64,000 bases of DNA, taken from positions 2,080,001 to 2,144,000 of the forward strand of contig OZ242311.1 in the NCBI GenBank assembly GCA_965207885.1. The letters run 5' to 3'. The first letter of the stretch is position 1; every line of letters begins with the position of its first letter. Positions 29,965 through 40,091 of the stretch are shown here, in pieces. The notes under the pieces were generated by a model. That model ran no database searches and had not been told where the DNA came from. It saw only the letters and a program-made list of their open reading frames with translations. Source of the stretch: Candidatus Latescibacterota bacterium (GTDB lineage: Bacteria; Latescibacterota; UBA2968). A program made the position numbers and the translations under genes.

Positions 29965-30510
29965 ATGGCAGATGTTTTGATTATAGGCGATGGACCTGCG
30001 GGACTGAGTGCCGCGTTGTTTTTGACGAAGAATGGTCAGAATGTGACGGTGTTTGGGCAAGATGGAACGCCGATGCACAAGGCAATGCTCTACAATTATC
30101 TGGGCATTCCCGAGATGACGGGGAGTGAGTTTCAGCGGGTAGGTCGAGCGCAAGTCCAGAATTTGGGCGGCAAAATTGAGGATGTAGAAGTGACCGATGC
30201 CGAAAAGACGGATGGTGGGTTTGCGGTTACAACGGCGGATGGAGGCCGAAGAGAGGGGAAGTATCTCATTTTGGCGACTGGCACAAATACCAAATTGGCC
30301 GAGGATCTGAGTTTAGCTAAGGAGAATAAGGGTATTGTTGCCGATGGCGATGGTCGCACTTCGGTTGAGGGGCTTTTTGCGGTGGGTTGGAATACGCGTC
30401 TCATCCGCACGCAGGCGATTATTTCCGCCGGGCAAGGCGCCGCAACCGCGCTGGAAATTCTATCGCTCGAAGCCGGTGAAGATTTCCATGACTTTGATGT
30501 TGTGGAATAA
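29965..30510 (+). CDS. Short FAD-dependent oxidoreductase (thioredoxin-reductase-like FAD domain only)
   Basis: IIGDGPAGLSAA, ILATG and TSVEGLFAVG motifs; 181 aa. Confidence 0.85.
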   Translation: MADVLIIGDGPAGLSAALFLTKNGQNVTVFGQDGTPMHKAMLYNYLGIPEMTGSEFQRVGRAQVQNLGGKIEDVEVTDAEKTDGGFAVTTADGGRREGKYLILATGTNTKLAEDLSLAKENKGIVADGDGRTSVEGLFAVGWNTRLIRTQAIISAGQGAATALEILSLEAGEDFHDFDVVE

Positions 30511-30530
30511 GGTGAGATAGATTTCTCCGA

Positions 30531-30574
30531 GAGGTTCCAGGGCAGGTGGTGGGTATCTGGAACCTTCTTTTTTT
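30531..30574 (+). terminator. Intrinsic terminator
   Basis: GAGGTTCCAG...CTGGAACCTT plus T-tract. Confidence 0.7.
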
Positions 30575-30592
30575 AAGCTGTGAGGTTTTCAG

Positions 30593-31705
30593 GTGAAAAT
30601 AGATGCCGCGGAAATTCGATATGTCGAGTTGCCACTGATTTCGCCGTGGCGCACGGCTTATGGCGAGGATGCGACAATTCATTCGGTGATGGTTAAACTC
30701 TCAGGTGGAGGAATCGCTGCCTGGGGTGAGGCTACGCCGTTTTACGCGCCGACTTATTCGTCCGAGTCGGCGCGATCTGTCTATGAGACGGCGCGGGAAT
30801 TTTTCTTGCCCTATCTGGTGGGAGAGCAAATAGAGACGGCGGCGGAACTGATGGCGCGGATTGCGGTGTTTAAAGGCAATCCCTTTTCCAAAGCGGCTGT
30901 GGAAACCGCGTGGTGGGCATTGGATAGTAAGTTGAAGGGCGTACCGCTCTGGCAGTCGCTGGGCGCAATTGATCCTACGGTGGCATGCGGTGCTGATTTT
31001 GGTGTGCAGGATACGATTGATGAACTTTTATCGCTGATTCAGGAGGCGGTAGATGCAGGATATCCGCGTATCAAGTTGAAGGTCCGCCACGGATGGGATA
31101 TTGAGATGCTCAAAGCCGTGCGCTCGGCTTTTCCCGATCCTGTGATTCATGTGGATTGTAATTCGGGGTATGATTTGAACGTGGATTTTGATACACTCAA
31201 GGCATTTGATCAGTTCAATTTGGCGATGATTGAACAGCCATTGGATCATCTGGATCTGATTGAGCACGCGGAGTTGCAAAGCCAAATTGAAACGCCCGTG
31301 TGTTTGGATGAGTCGGTAAAACGTCCGCGGGATTTTGAACTCGCTCTGAAAATTGGCGCGTGTCGCGTGATCAATGTGAAACCCGGTCGCGTGGGAGGCT
31401 TGTTAAATGCAGTGAAAATTCACGATATGGCACGCGATGCGGGCATAGATGCGTGGGTGGGCGGGATGCTGGAGAGCGGTGTTGGCGCTGGGATTTGTGC
31501 GGCGTTGGGTACGTTGCCGGGATTTAACTATCCGGCAGATGTGTTTCCATCTCGCAAGTTCTATGTTGAGGATATTACAGACCGGTGGATTGAACAGGAT
31601 GAGAATTGCAATGTGGTACTGGATGAGACGCCCGGCGTTGGATTCGATCCGGTTCCCGAAAGGCTGGAGAAAGTGACGGTTATGAAAGCAGTTATAGAAG
31701 CGTGA
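30593..31705 (+). CDS. menC: o-succinylbenzoate synthase / N-acylamino acid racemase (enolase superfamily)
   Basis: KLK, VDCN, IEQP, LDES, NVKPGRVGG and GGMLESG motifs. No other men genes are nearby, so a racemase role is plausible. Confidence 0.8.
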   Translation: MKIDAAEIRYVELPLISPWRTAYGEDATIHSVMVKLSGGGIAAWGEATPFYAPTYSSESARSVYETAREFFLPYLVGEQIETAAELMARIAVFKGNPFSKAAVETAWWALDSKLKGVPLWQSLGAIDPTVACGADFGVQDTIDELLSLIQEAVDAGYPRIKLKVRHGWDIEMLKAVRSAFPDPVIHVDCNSGYDLNVDFDTLKAFDQFNLAMIEQPLDHLDLIEHAELQSQIETPVCLDESVKRPRDFELALKIGACRVINVKPGRVGGLLNAVKIHDMARDAGIDAWVGGMLESGVGAGICAALGTLPGFNYPADVFPSRKFYVEDITDRWIEQDENCNVVLDETPGVGFDPVPERLEKVTVMKAVIEA

Positions 31706-31727
31706 AAGCAATGATAAAAAAATAACA

Positions 31728-31756
31728 GTTCTACCGGATTCGGTAGGACTCTTTTA
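31728..31756. terminator. Terminator between convergent genes
   Basis: GTTCTACCG-GATT-CGGTAGGAC hairpin flanked by A/T tracts. Confidence 0.6.
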
Positions 31757-31776
31757 TTTATATTAGTTCACTTTCC

Positions 31777-32664
31777 TTAAGCGAGCGCAAATTCCCCTTC
31801 TATTGGTTCCACAGTGACGGATACGGTGAGCGCGTGTTGACCACCGCCCAGGACCACGCCTTTGAGAGGGGTGACATCGGCAAAGTCACGGCCCCATGCC
31901 ACGGTGATGTGCCGGTCACCGGGTATGAGGTTGTTGGTCGGATCAAAGTCGATCCAGCCGTGATTGGGCAGGTACACAGAGAACCAGGCATGGGAGGCAT
32001 CCGCGCCAATCAGGTAATCTGTGCCGGGGGAGGGCAGGGTCTCGAGATAGCCGCTTATATAGCGCGCGGCCAGACCCATAGCGCGGAGGCAACCGATGGC
32101 CAGGTGGGCAAAGTCCTGACACACACCTTTGCGGTGTGTGAATACATCGGATAATGGCGTGGATATGGTGGTGAATCCAGGTACGTATTCAAAGTCGTTG
32201 TAGATGCGTTGGGTGAGGTCGCCAACCGCTTCTATAAAGGGACGGTCTTTAGAAAATGACGGTTCTGCATATTTTGTCAACTCGGGGACGGTAGTGGCTT
32301 TGGGAGAATCCAGTACAAATTGGCGCACTGAAAGAAGGTCAGGATCGGTTGTGGTTTTGAGGATGTGACACACGGTTTCCCAGGGCATATCGCTGGTCAA
32401 TCGGGTTTGCGATACGATATGCACATCGCTTTCGGCTGTGACTGAGAGGATATTGTGAGGTTGTTCGATGGAAAAATAGGCGGTTCGGTTGCCAAAAAAA
32501 TCTTTTCGCTCGCGAAAAGATGCTGGCTGTGGATTGATGGTGATGTGGCTATTCAAGCATGTCTGATTAAAAAAACTGCGTGGGCTCAATCGGGCTTGAT
32601 TGTGAGACAGACTCACGGTCTCTGCATATTCGTAGTGGCTCTGATGTGTGATGCGATAATTCAT
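31777..32664 (-). CDS. Bacterial transglutaminase-family protein
   Basis: GVCQDFAH, SHAW and FDPTN triad motifs; GRDFADV. Confidence 0.93.
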   Translation of the reverse strand: MNYRITHQSHYEYAETVSLSHNQARLSPRSFFNQTCLNSHITINPQPASFRERKDFFGNRTAYFSIEQPHNILSVTAESDVHIVSQTRLTSDMPWETVCHILKTTTDPDLLSVRQFVLDSPKATTVPELTKYAEPSFSKDRPFIEAVGDLTQRIYNDFEYVPGFTTISTPLSDVFTHRKGVCQDFAHLAIGCLRAMGLAARYISGYLETLPSPGTDYLIGADASHAWFSVYLPNHGWIDFDPTNNLIPGDRHITVAWGRDFADVTPLKGVVLGGGQHALTVSVTVEPIEGEFALA

Positions 32665-34136
32665 GCGCCAAAGTTCCGGTGTGGGTGACCGTCAATCACC
32701 CAGGTGTCTTTGCTGTGTACAAATGTATGCGTAGGAACGACAAAATTGCCGCGCTCGGGTGCGCTGCGCGTGAGGCCTCCGGGCATTACTGAGTATGTAT
32801 TTTGGTGGGAGACTGCAAAGGCTGTGAGGGTGGTGTAGCGAGATTCGAGGTGGCCGTTGATCAGGGAAGGTGCCGTTGCAAAGCTGACGTGTTCCAGGCC
32901 TACGTAATGGGTGGGATTTGCCCTGATGCGATCGCGCCAGACTTCGCGCTCGGCACGGCTGAGCAAGGCGCCGAAGACGCGGGGGATAACGGATTGCTGA
33001 TCAATTGGACAGAGAACCAGGCTGTCGAGATGATCGAGTACATAGTTCATTTCTCGCGCTTGCCCGCACCACCAGGTGGCCACCGAGGGCAGGATGAGAT
33101 CTTCGCCCAGCAAGTGTCGTGCAATGCCGGGCAAAAAAGGCATCAAGCCCAGATTTTCGAGCATGCTACTGCCCAGGGGATTGGCAATGGCTACATGCCC
33201 ATTTCGCACGGCATTGAGCAGACCGGCAACGCCGAGTTGCGATTCTTCGTTGAGTTCCAATGGGTCGCAAAAATCGCCATTGATGCGGCGCAAAATGATA
33301 TCAACAGGATGCAAGCCATCAATGGATTTGAGCCACATGCGCCCATCGCGCACGGTGAGGTTATCGCCTTGCACAAGGGTATAATCCAGATAAGCCGAGA
33401 GATATGCATGCTCAAAATAGGCGGCGTTAAAAGGCCCCGGGGTCAGTACGACGATCCGGGGGTTTTCTTTATCGTGAGGAGCAATTTCAGATAGACCGGC
33501 CTGAAAGGTGCGAAAAAAATTAGCCAGACGTCGCACATTGCAGTTGTTGAACAAGGCGGGCATGATGCGCGACATCGTGGTTCTGTTTTCGAGCGCGTAT
33601 CCCAGGCCCGAAGGCGCCTGTGTGCGGTCGTACAAAACCCACATCTGTCCATCGGGTCCTCGCGCGAGATTGGCGGCATAGACGCGCAATTGATGCTCGG
33701 CAGGCAGAAAGATATCTTTGCAGGACCTCAAAAAACCGGCGTGATTATAGATGAGCTCAAAAGGCAACAGACCCTCTCGGATGAGTGTTTGGGGACCGTA
33801 GATGTCTTTGAGCACGAGGTTGAGCAATTCGGCGCGTTGAGACACCCCTCGCGCAATATGGGTCCAGTCATTGGCCTGAAGCAGCAGAGGTATAGGATCG
33901 AGTTCCCAGGGGTGGTGCAAGCCATCGGGATCGCCATTGTACGTAACGCCGTTTTCGCGTAGTCGCGCTTCCTGGTGGCGGCGCGCCAGTTCTTTGCTGC
34001 CCATGCGTTCTATTGCGCGAAAAAAAGGATGCCAATGGGCGCGTACTCCGTCTTTTGGATCCCACATTTCGTCGTAAGAACCGGGTTCGATGGCGTACCC
34101 TTCGAGCATAATATCGGCAATTGGGGTTTTGGACAA
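32661..34136 (-). CDS. Circularly permuted type 2 ATP-grasp protein (no fused alpha-E)
   Basis: WELDPIP, DRTQAPSGLGYALENR, YFEHAYL, MPGGLTR and SKDTWV motifs. Confidence 0.88.
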   Translation of the reverse strand: MSKTPIADIMLEGYAIEPGSYDEMWDPKDGVRAHWHPFFRAIERMGSKELARRHQEARLRENGVTYNGDPDGLHHPWELDPIPLLLQANDWTHIARGVSQRAELLNLVLKDIYGPQTLIREGLLPFELIYNHAGFLRSCKDIFLPAEHQLRVYAANLARGPDGQMWVLYDRTQAPSGLGYALENRTTMSRIMPALFNNCNVRRLANFFRTFQAGLSEIAPHDKENPRIVVLTPGPFNAAYFEHAYLSAYLDYTLVQGDNLTVRDGRMWLKSIDGLHPVDIILRRINGDFCDPLELNEESQLGVAGLLNAVRNGHVAIANPLGSSMLENLGLMPFLPGIARHLLGEDLILPSVATWWCGQAREMNYVLDHLDSLVLCPIDQQSVIPRVFGALLSRAEREVWRDRIRANPTHYVGLEHVSFATAPSLINGHLESRYTTLTAFAVSHQNTYSVMPGGLTRSAPERGNFVVPTHTFVHSKDTWVIDGHPHRNFGA

Positions 34137-34160
34137 GGCTGGATCCTACGATAAAAAACG

Positions 34161-34244
34161 CGAATCAACGAATCAACGAAAGAAGCTGGTGATGACCTTG
34201 GTGTGGTAGGGTGAGGTTCGTCTATTTGTCTATTCGTCTATTCG
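34161..34244. repeat. Dispersed 8-mer tandem-repeat hairpin element, copy 2
   Basis: (CGAATCAA)x2.5 ... core ... (TTCGTCTA)x3.5; homologous to 4700-4766. Confidence 0.7.
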
Positions 34245-35203
34245 TTGGCGGTCGTGGAGGAGGGTGAAGTTGCGAAGAAGGTCTCAAATATAGCGTTGTC
34301 AAGCCGGTTGAGGCGCGTTTGAAATGCGTCGAGGTATTCGTGCAGACCCCGCGTGATGATTTCATCGATGCTGGTGTAATCCAGTTCGGCGAGCAGGCGA
34401 CCCAGTACTTGTTCAGATGTGTTTTGGAAAGAGCTTTCGGGTGTGCCTGATATGGTGTGCAAGGATTGATTGGCTCTGGAGAGACAGTATCGAATAGCGC
34501 GGGGAAATTCGCGGTTTAAGAGCAAGAAATCGACCACATTATGGGGGTCGATAGGGCCATATTGCTTGCGATACATTTCGAGGGCACTGGCAGATTTGAG
34601 CAATGCCGACCACTGGATATTGTCAAAGGGCGTGCCCACATCATCAACTTCGGGCAATAAAAAAAAGTATTTGACATCGAGGATGCGCGAGGTCTTATCG
34701 GCGCGTTCTAAGTCCCGCCCCAGTTGAGCAAATTGCCATGCTTCATTGTGAGACATGGTGTTGCGCTGAATGCCTGTGAACAGGTGACTGGCCATGATGA
34801 TATCTGTAAAGTAGGTATGGGGAGTATCCTGTGCTTGGGGTTTGTCGATGTTTTGCACCTGCAAGTAGAATTTGTTAATCTGTTCCCACATTTCCGGTGA
34901 AATAATTTCTCGGATAGAACGCGCATTTTCACGGGCGTTTTGCAAGCAGGAGATAATGGAGTTGGGGTTTATGGGACTAAATGTCAGGAAGTCAATGACG
35001 CTGGCTTGATTGTCCGTTGCGTAGTTTTCGTAGAACAGGTCTTGATCGCCTGTGGTGAGCACAAGCGGTTCCCACTGCCCTTTGGCTTCAACGGGCAAGT
35101 CGAGCATCAAGTGGCAATTGACCTCGATAAAGCGGGCGACATTTTCGGCGCGTTCAAGATAACGACTCATCCAGTAAATGGATTCTGCTGCGCGGCTTAA
35201 CAT
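34238..35203 (-). CDS. Alpha-E domain protein (DUF403)
   Basis: MLSRAAESIYWMSRYLERAENVAR and LERADKTSRILDVKY (ER motifs). Confidence 0.93.
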   Translation of the reverse strand: MLSRAAESIYWMSRYLERAENVARFIEVNCHLMLDLPVEAKGQWEPLVLTTGDQDLFYENYATDNQASVIDFLTFSPINPNSIISCLQNARENARSIREIISPEMWEQINKFYLQVQNIDKPQAQDTPHTYFTDIIMASHLFTGIQRNTMSHNEAWQFAQLGRDLERADKTSRILDVKYFFLLPEVDDVGTPFDNIQWSALLKSASALEMYRKQYGPIDPHNVVDFLLLNREFPRAIRYCLSRANQSLHTISGTPESSFQNTSEQVLGRLLAELDYTSIDEIITRGLHEYLDAFQTRLNRLDNAIFETFFATSPSSTTANE

Positions 35204-35220
35204 AAGGTGGCTCGTGCGTG

Positions 35221-36702
35221 TTAGTGCGTTTGTGAAAGATACCTGGACGGGACAAATGGATCGTCGCTGTCGTATAATACCCAGGTGTCTTTGCTACCCC
35301 CGCCTTGTGAAGAGTTGACCACCAGAGATCCTTTTTTAAGAGCTACACGCGTCAGCCCACCGGGCAAGACATAAATGTCTTCGCCATTGTAGAGGACATA
35401 GGGCCGCAAATCGACATGCCTACCTTCAAAGTGGTCTTCTACCAGAATAGGGCTTCGCGAGAGTGCAATGGTGGGCTGTGCAATATAATTGCGTGGGTTT
35501 TGGGTGATGCGGTTAGCAAAGTCTTCGCGTTCGGCTCGTGTGGAATTCACGCCAATGAGCATGCCGTATCCGCCCGACTCATTCGCGGCTTTGACCACGA
35601 GGTTGTCCAGGTTTTCGAGTACATGCTGGCGTTGCTTGTCGTCCCAACAAACATAGGTGGGCACATTGGGCAGCAGGATGTCTTCGTTGAGATAATATTT
35701 GATGATTTGCGGCACATAAGCATATACGACCTTGTCGTCGGCAACACCTGTGCCGGGTGCATTTGCGATGGCTACCTGACCGTTTTTATAGACCTCCAGG
35801 AGGCCAGGTACGCCCAGCATGGAATCGGGACGAAAGACTTTTGGGTCGAGAAATTCGGCATCAATGCGCCGATAAATAACGTCAATGCGCTGGAATCCTC
35901 GGGTCGTTCGCATCGATACAGAACCATCGGCAACGACGAGGTCCCGCCCTTCGACCAATTCGACACCCATTTGTTGGGCGAGAAAGGCATGTTCAAAATA
36001 GGCCGAGTTGTAGATGCCGGGTGTGAGTAAAACGACCGTTGGGGATGTGACATGGGAAGGAGATAGAGAGCGCAGTGTGTTGAGCAATTGAGCGGGATAG
36101 TCATCGACGTGTCGCACATGAGAAGCTTCAAATACTTCCGGAAATATGCGTTTGAGAACCTCGCGATTTTCAAGCACATAAGACACGCCCGAAGGACAGC
36201 GCATGTTGTCTTCGAGGATGTAAAACTGACCGTCTCTATCGCGCACGAGGTCAATGCCGGAAATGTGACACCACACATCTTTGGTTGGCGAAAGGCCAAT
36301 GCAGGGTTTTAGAAATTCTTTGGCTGTGTCGATGACGTAGCGGGGAATGATGCCGTCTTTGAGGATTTTTTGTTCGGCGTAGATGTCGCAGAGGAAGAGG
36401 TTGAGGGCCTGAATGCGTTGCTTGAGGCCATTTTCGATGTAGGTCCAATCAGTATGAGAAACGATGCGCGGAATGATGTCGAAGGGAAAAATTTTTTCAA
36501 CGCCAGCGTCGTGGCCATACACGTTGAATGTGATGCCCATGTTCATCAAGGCCAGTTCGGCGGCCTGATGGCGTTTTTGGAGTTCGTCTTTGGAGAGTTC
36601 GCCGAGTTTTTCGAGGAGCAATCGCGCGCCGGGATGGGGCGTGTTCGGAGATTCAAAGAGTTCGTCGTAAAATCCGCCGAGTTCATAAGATGAAAAGTCC
36701 AT
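35221..36702 (-). CDS. Circularly permuted type 2 ATP-grasp protein
   Basis: [36 protein letters not shown] and [13 protein letters not shown] motifs. Confidence 0.93.
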   Translation of the reverse strand: MDFSSYELGGFYDELFESPNTPHPGARLLLEKLGELSKDELQKRHQAAELALMNMGITFNVYGHDAGVEKIFPFDIIPRIVSHTDWTYIENGLKQRIQALNLFLCDIYAEQKILKDGIIPRYVIDTAKEFLKPCIGLSPTKDVWCHISGIDLVRDRDGQFYILEDNMRCPSGVSYVLENREVLKRIFPEVFEASHVRHVDDYPAQLLNTLRSLSPSHVTSPTVVLLTPGIYNSAYFEHAFLAQQMGVELVEGRDLVVADGSVSMRTTRGFQRIDVIYRRIDAEFLDPKVFRPDSMLGVPGLLEVYKNGQVAIANAPGTGVADDKVVYAYVPQIIKYYLNEDILLPNVPTYVCWDDKQRQHVLENLDNLVVKAANESGGYGMLIGVNSTRAEREDFANRITQNPRNYIAQPTIALSRSPILVEDHFEGRHVDLRPYVLYNGEDIYVLPGGLTRVALKKGSLVVNSSQGGGSKDTWVLYDSDDPFVPSRYLSQTH

Positions 36703-36929
36703 GTGTTCACCATCCAGCAAAAGAACGGCTTACGTGACGTGGCGACAAAAAATAATAAGGCGGTGGAGAGCACCTGTCAATTGTTTTTTGGGTAGAACGA
36801 CGGGTCGGGATTTTAGGATGAGCAGGATGATAGGCGGGAGGTATCCGCAGGCATGTCCCTGCAGGTGTAAGCAGGGATGGACGCAGAACCATCACATTGA
36901 CCACGTACTGCAATTGTAGTATATTTTTT

Positions 36930-38126
36930 TAAAGTACACGACAAAAAATAAAAGACCTGTGCAAAACGTGAAAAAGAGTTAGGTTTGAATGTGTGAAAAC
37001 GAACCTTCTCATCTCAACAAGGCACAGGTCTATGTCTCGTCAAGTTATACAACTTCACCATGTATTGCAAGGCCATTTTGGGTGGCATAAAGCACGCATC
37101 ACTTTCACAGCGGCCTTCATCTTGTCTTTGGTCAAGCTGAGCAGGGTCAACTTCGCCAAATTGGCTAATGCGCTAAATGGACAGGTCAAACCGCAATCAA
37201 ATTACCGCAGGATACAGCGTTTTTTCGCTGAGTTTGACATTCCTTATGAAGCCGTGACGCGACTGATCTTGCACTTATTACCTATAAAGACCGATTTTGC
37301 AGTCTCAATAGATCGCACTAATTGGAAGTTAGGCAAATTCAATATCAACATCCTAACCGCAGGCATTATCTATGAAGGGGTCGCCTTTCCTATGTGTTGG
37401 CACTTGTTAAAAAAACGAGGCAATTCCAATAGTGATGAGCGTATCAATTTGATGAAACAGGTGCTTACGCGCATTCCCAAGTCTCATATCCGCGTTGTAT
37501 TGGCAGATAGAGAATTCATTGGAAGAGAATGGTTTGCGTGGTTAGACACACAAAACATCCCTTTTGTCATCCGCATCAAGGAAAATGCCCTTGTCTCAAG
37601 GGCAGATAGAGAGATACCCATAAAAAAACTCTTTGAAAATTTGCACATCCATCAGCAGGTCAGCCTACAAAGACCTCGCCGCGTTTATGACCTACCTGTG
37701 TATGTGTCTGCGCTAAGATTGAAGGATCAATACCTCATTCTTGCAAGCAACCAACAACGTCAAGTCGCATTGGAGGTGTATAAAAAACGTTGGGGCATTG
37801 AAGTCCTTTTTGCAAATTTGAAAAGTCGAGGATTTAATCTGGAAGAGACCCACCTTATACATCAAGATCGCATTGAAAAACTCATCGCGCTTTTGGCTAT
37901 TGCCTGCACCTGGGCCCATATCATCGGCGAATGGATCGCCCTTACAAAACCTTTGAAGGTCAAAAACCACGGACGGATGGAAAAAAGTCTCTTCCGATAT
38001 GGGTTGGACTATTTGCAGTATGTCCTGCTCAATATACACCAACAAGCCCAGCAGTTCCTCAAATGCATTCGTTTACTGATTAATCCGCCAGATTTTAACC
38101 CGATTTAGGTTTTGTCGTGTACTATG
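36930..38126 (+). mobile_element. IS4-family insertion sequence, complete
   Basis: Terminal inverted repeats TAAAGTACACGACAAAA / CATAGTACACGACAAAA (14-bp perfect core at 36933-36946 and 38110-38123). 9-bp target duplication ATATTTTTT at 36921-36929 and 38127-38135. Confidence 0.92.
37032..38108 (+). CDS. IS4-family DDE transposase
   Basis: SIDRT, LADREF and the YREK motif YKKRWGIEVLFANLK. Confidence 0.93.
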   Translation: MSRQVIQLHHVLQGHFGWHKARITFTAAFILSLVKLSRVNFAKLANALNGQVKPQSNYRRIQRFFAEFDIPYEAVTRLILHLLPIKTDFAVSIDRTNWKLGKFNINILTAGIIYEGVAFPMCWHLLKKRGNSNSDERINLMKQVLTRIPKSHIRVVLADREFIGREWFAWLDTQNIPFVIRIKENALVSRADREIPIKKLFENLHIHQQVSLQRPRRVYDLPVYVSALRLKDQYLILASNQQRQVALEVYKKRWGIEVLFANLKSRGFNLEETHLIHQDRIEKLIALLAIACTWAHIIGEWIALTKPLKVKNHGRMEKSLFRYGLDYLQYVLLNIHQQAQQFLKCIRLLINPPDFNPI

Positions 38127-38202
38127 ATATTTTTTATTGAATCGTAAAATGCGGTTTTAGTCTATTATTTTTTTCTACTTCAGGTCATTATTTTGAGGGG
38201 GT

Positions 38203-40056
38203 ATGGTTATGGCTATCGCTACTCAAAGTTTCCAGGATCGACTGATGGACGGGGATATGACTCTGGATGTTTCTCCGGAGGTGGATCCGGGCAATCTGGT
38301 GTATCACAAATTGTGCTCTGCTGATGATTTTGAAGAAGGCGAAGGGAAGCCGTTTACGGTGGAGGGCACCCACATCGCCGTTTTCCGCTACGAGGGGGAG
38401 TTCAATGCGGTAGATAACCGCTGTCCGCACATGGGATATCCGATGTCCGAGGGCAGCGTTCGGGACGGGGTCCTGATCTGTCACTGGCACCACTGGGAGT
38501 TCGACCTTAAGACGGGCGGTTGTTTCATAACCTCTGGAGCTGGAAACGATCTGAAGAGCTTTCCCGTGGAGGTGCGGGATGACGGATGTCTGTACGTGGG
38601 GCTTGCGCCGGGCGAAAAAGAGGCGGCCAGACGCCGACAGATTGACCGGGGGAAGTATATTCTTGAGCAGGGTTTGAAAGATCGGAGCTCGCTCCTGATT
38701 GCCAAGGCGATTACCGCGCTAAAGGCTGCGGGTGCCACGCCGCAGGAGATGATCCAGCAGGGACTTTTTTACGGGGCATATAAATCGAATGAGGGTTGGT
38801 CATCGGGAGTGGCCATTTTGACGCTGGCTGCAAATATGTGGGAAGATGTGGGCGAGAGGGACCACAATCTTTTCCTGGTCCACGGGCTGACACAGATTTC
38901 CAGACGCACATCAGGGGGTTCGCGGCGGCAGGGTTTCCCTTTGCCCAAAACATCGGACGAACCGGACCTGGCGACCCTCAAACGCTGGTTCCGGCGGCTG
39001 GTGGATCAGCGCAGCAGCAGCGCTGCACAGCGTATTCTGATGACCCTGTACGACCGTGGATATTCACCAGAAGAGATTGCGGATATCGTTTTTACCACGG
39101 CGACGGATTTCTATTTTACCGGGGACGGTCACGCGCTCGATTTCGCGAATAAGATGTTCGAGGCCTTAGATTATGTAGATTGGGAAGGGGCGAATGAGAT
39201 TTTGCGACCGATTGTGGTAGATTTAGTGGGCAGGGAACGACACGAGGAGACCGCCCGGTGGGAAGACAGCGTGCCGGTCCTGGAAGATATTTTCACCCGT
39301 CTGGACGGGATGTGGGAAGCGAACCAGGAAAACGAGGCACCGCTGGATATTTCTGCTTTTACGCAGACGCTGCTGGGGGAGGAGTTTGAGCCGATTGTCG
39401 CCGAGATCGAAGACAAATTGCGCGAAGGTGTGAAGCCCACGGATATCTGCCGGGCGATGACCTATGCCGGGGCCATCCGCACAGCGCGGTTCCACCTCAA
39501 GAACGAGGGGGACTGGCACGATGTGGCGAATATTTACTCTTATGCCCATGCCCTCTATCGCGCTTTCCACCTGGCGCCGAGCGCAGAGCTTTTACGCGGC
39601 ATTTTCCACGGCGCTGTGTTTATGACCTATTTGCGCTGGCTCAACATGCCAGCGGCCCGCCTGCCCAGGGAAGGACAGCGGCTGAACGAGACGTTCGCGT
39701 CTGAGGACAAGATGTTGGACCGGCTACAGGAGTTTGCGGATTTCCAGAAGGTCTTCGAGGCTGAGGTGCTGGTAAGCCAGTACCTGGAGGAAGGATACGA
39801 TATCACGAAACTCAGGCATACTTTGGCCCATATTATGCTGCGCGAGGATGCGGAGTTGCACATGTTCCAGGTGCTGGAGGTGGCGTTCCGGCACTACGAC
39901 CTGTCGGACGATCCGAAGGAGAAGCGTATGCACCTGCTGGCGGCGACCCGGTATATTACCGCCCAGAAGGTGATGAAGGGAATTCTGTGGTCCACGGAGA
40001 ACGCGGAGCGGCTGCAGCGCGGGGAACTGCTAAGCGAGCGGGATGATGATAATTAG
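38203..40056 (+). CDS. Rieske [2Fe-2S] domain fused to a long His/Asp-bearing helical repeat region
   Basis: CPH...CHWH Rieske ligands; repeated helical units with GDGHALDF, GDWHDV and DAELHMFQ. Confidence 0.85.
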   Translation: MVMAIATQSFQDRLMDGDMTLDVSPEVDPGNLVYHKLCSADDFEEGEGKPFTVEGTHIAVFRYEGEFNAVDNRCPHMGYPMSEGSVRDGVLICHWHHWEFDLKTGGCFITSGAGNDLKSFPVEVRDDGCLYVGLAPGEKEAARRRQIDRGKYILEQGLKDRSSLLIAKAITALKAAGATPQEMIQQGLFYGAYKSNEGWSSGVAILTLAANMWEDVGERDHNLFLVHGLTQISRRTSGGSRRQGFPLPKTSDEPDLATLKRWFRRLVDQRSSSAAQRILMTLYDRGYSPEEIADIVFTTATDFYFTGDGHALDFANKMFEALDYVDWEGANEILRPIVVDLVGRERHEETARWEDSVPVLEDIFTRLDGMWEANQENEAPLDISAFTQTLLGEEFEPIVAEIEDKLREGVKPTDICRAMTYAGAIRTARFHLKNEGDWHDVANIYSYAHALYRAFHLAPSAELLRGIFHGAVFMTYLRWLNMPAARLPREGQRLNETFASEDKMLDRLQEFADFQKVFEAEVLVSQYLEEGYDITKLRHTLAHIMLREDAELHMFQVLEVAFRHYDLSDDPKEKRMHLLAATRYITAQKVMKGILWSTENAERLQRGELLSERDDDN

Positions 40057-40091
40057 GCCAAGGGGCAAGGTGAAGGCATAGGGCTGAACAG

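Noticed and set aside
30593-31705. Menaquinone biosynthesis cluster
   Set aside because: Only a lone MenC/NAAAR-family gene is present, with no other men genes.
34161-34244. Short repeats as a possible CRISPR array
   Set aside because: The units are 8 bp, tandem and have no spacers, and there are no cas genes in the window.
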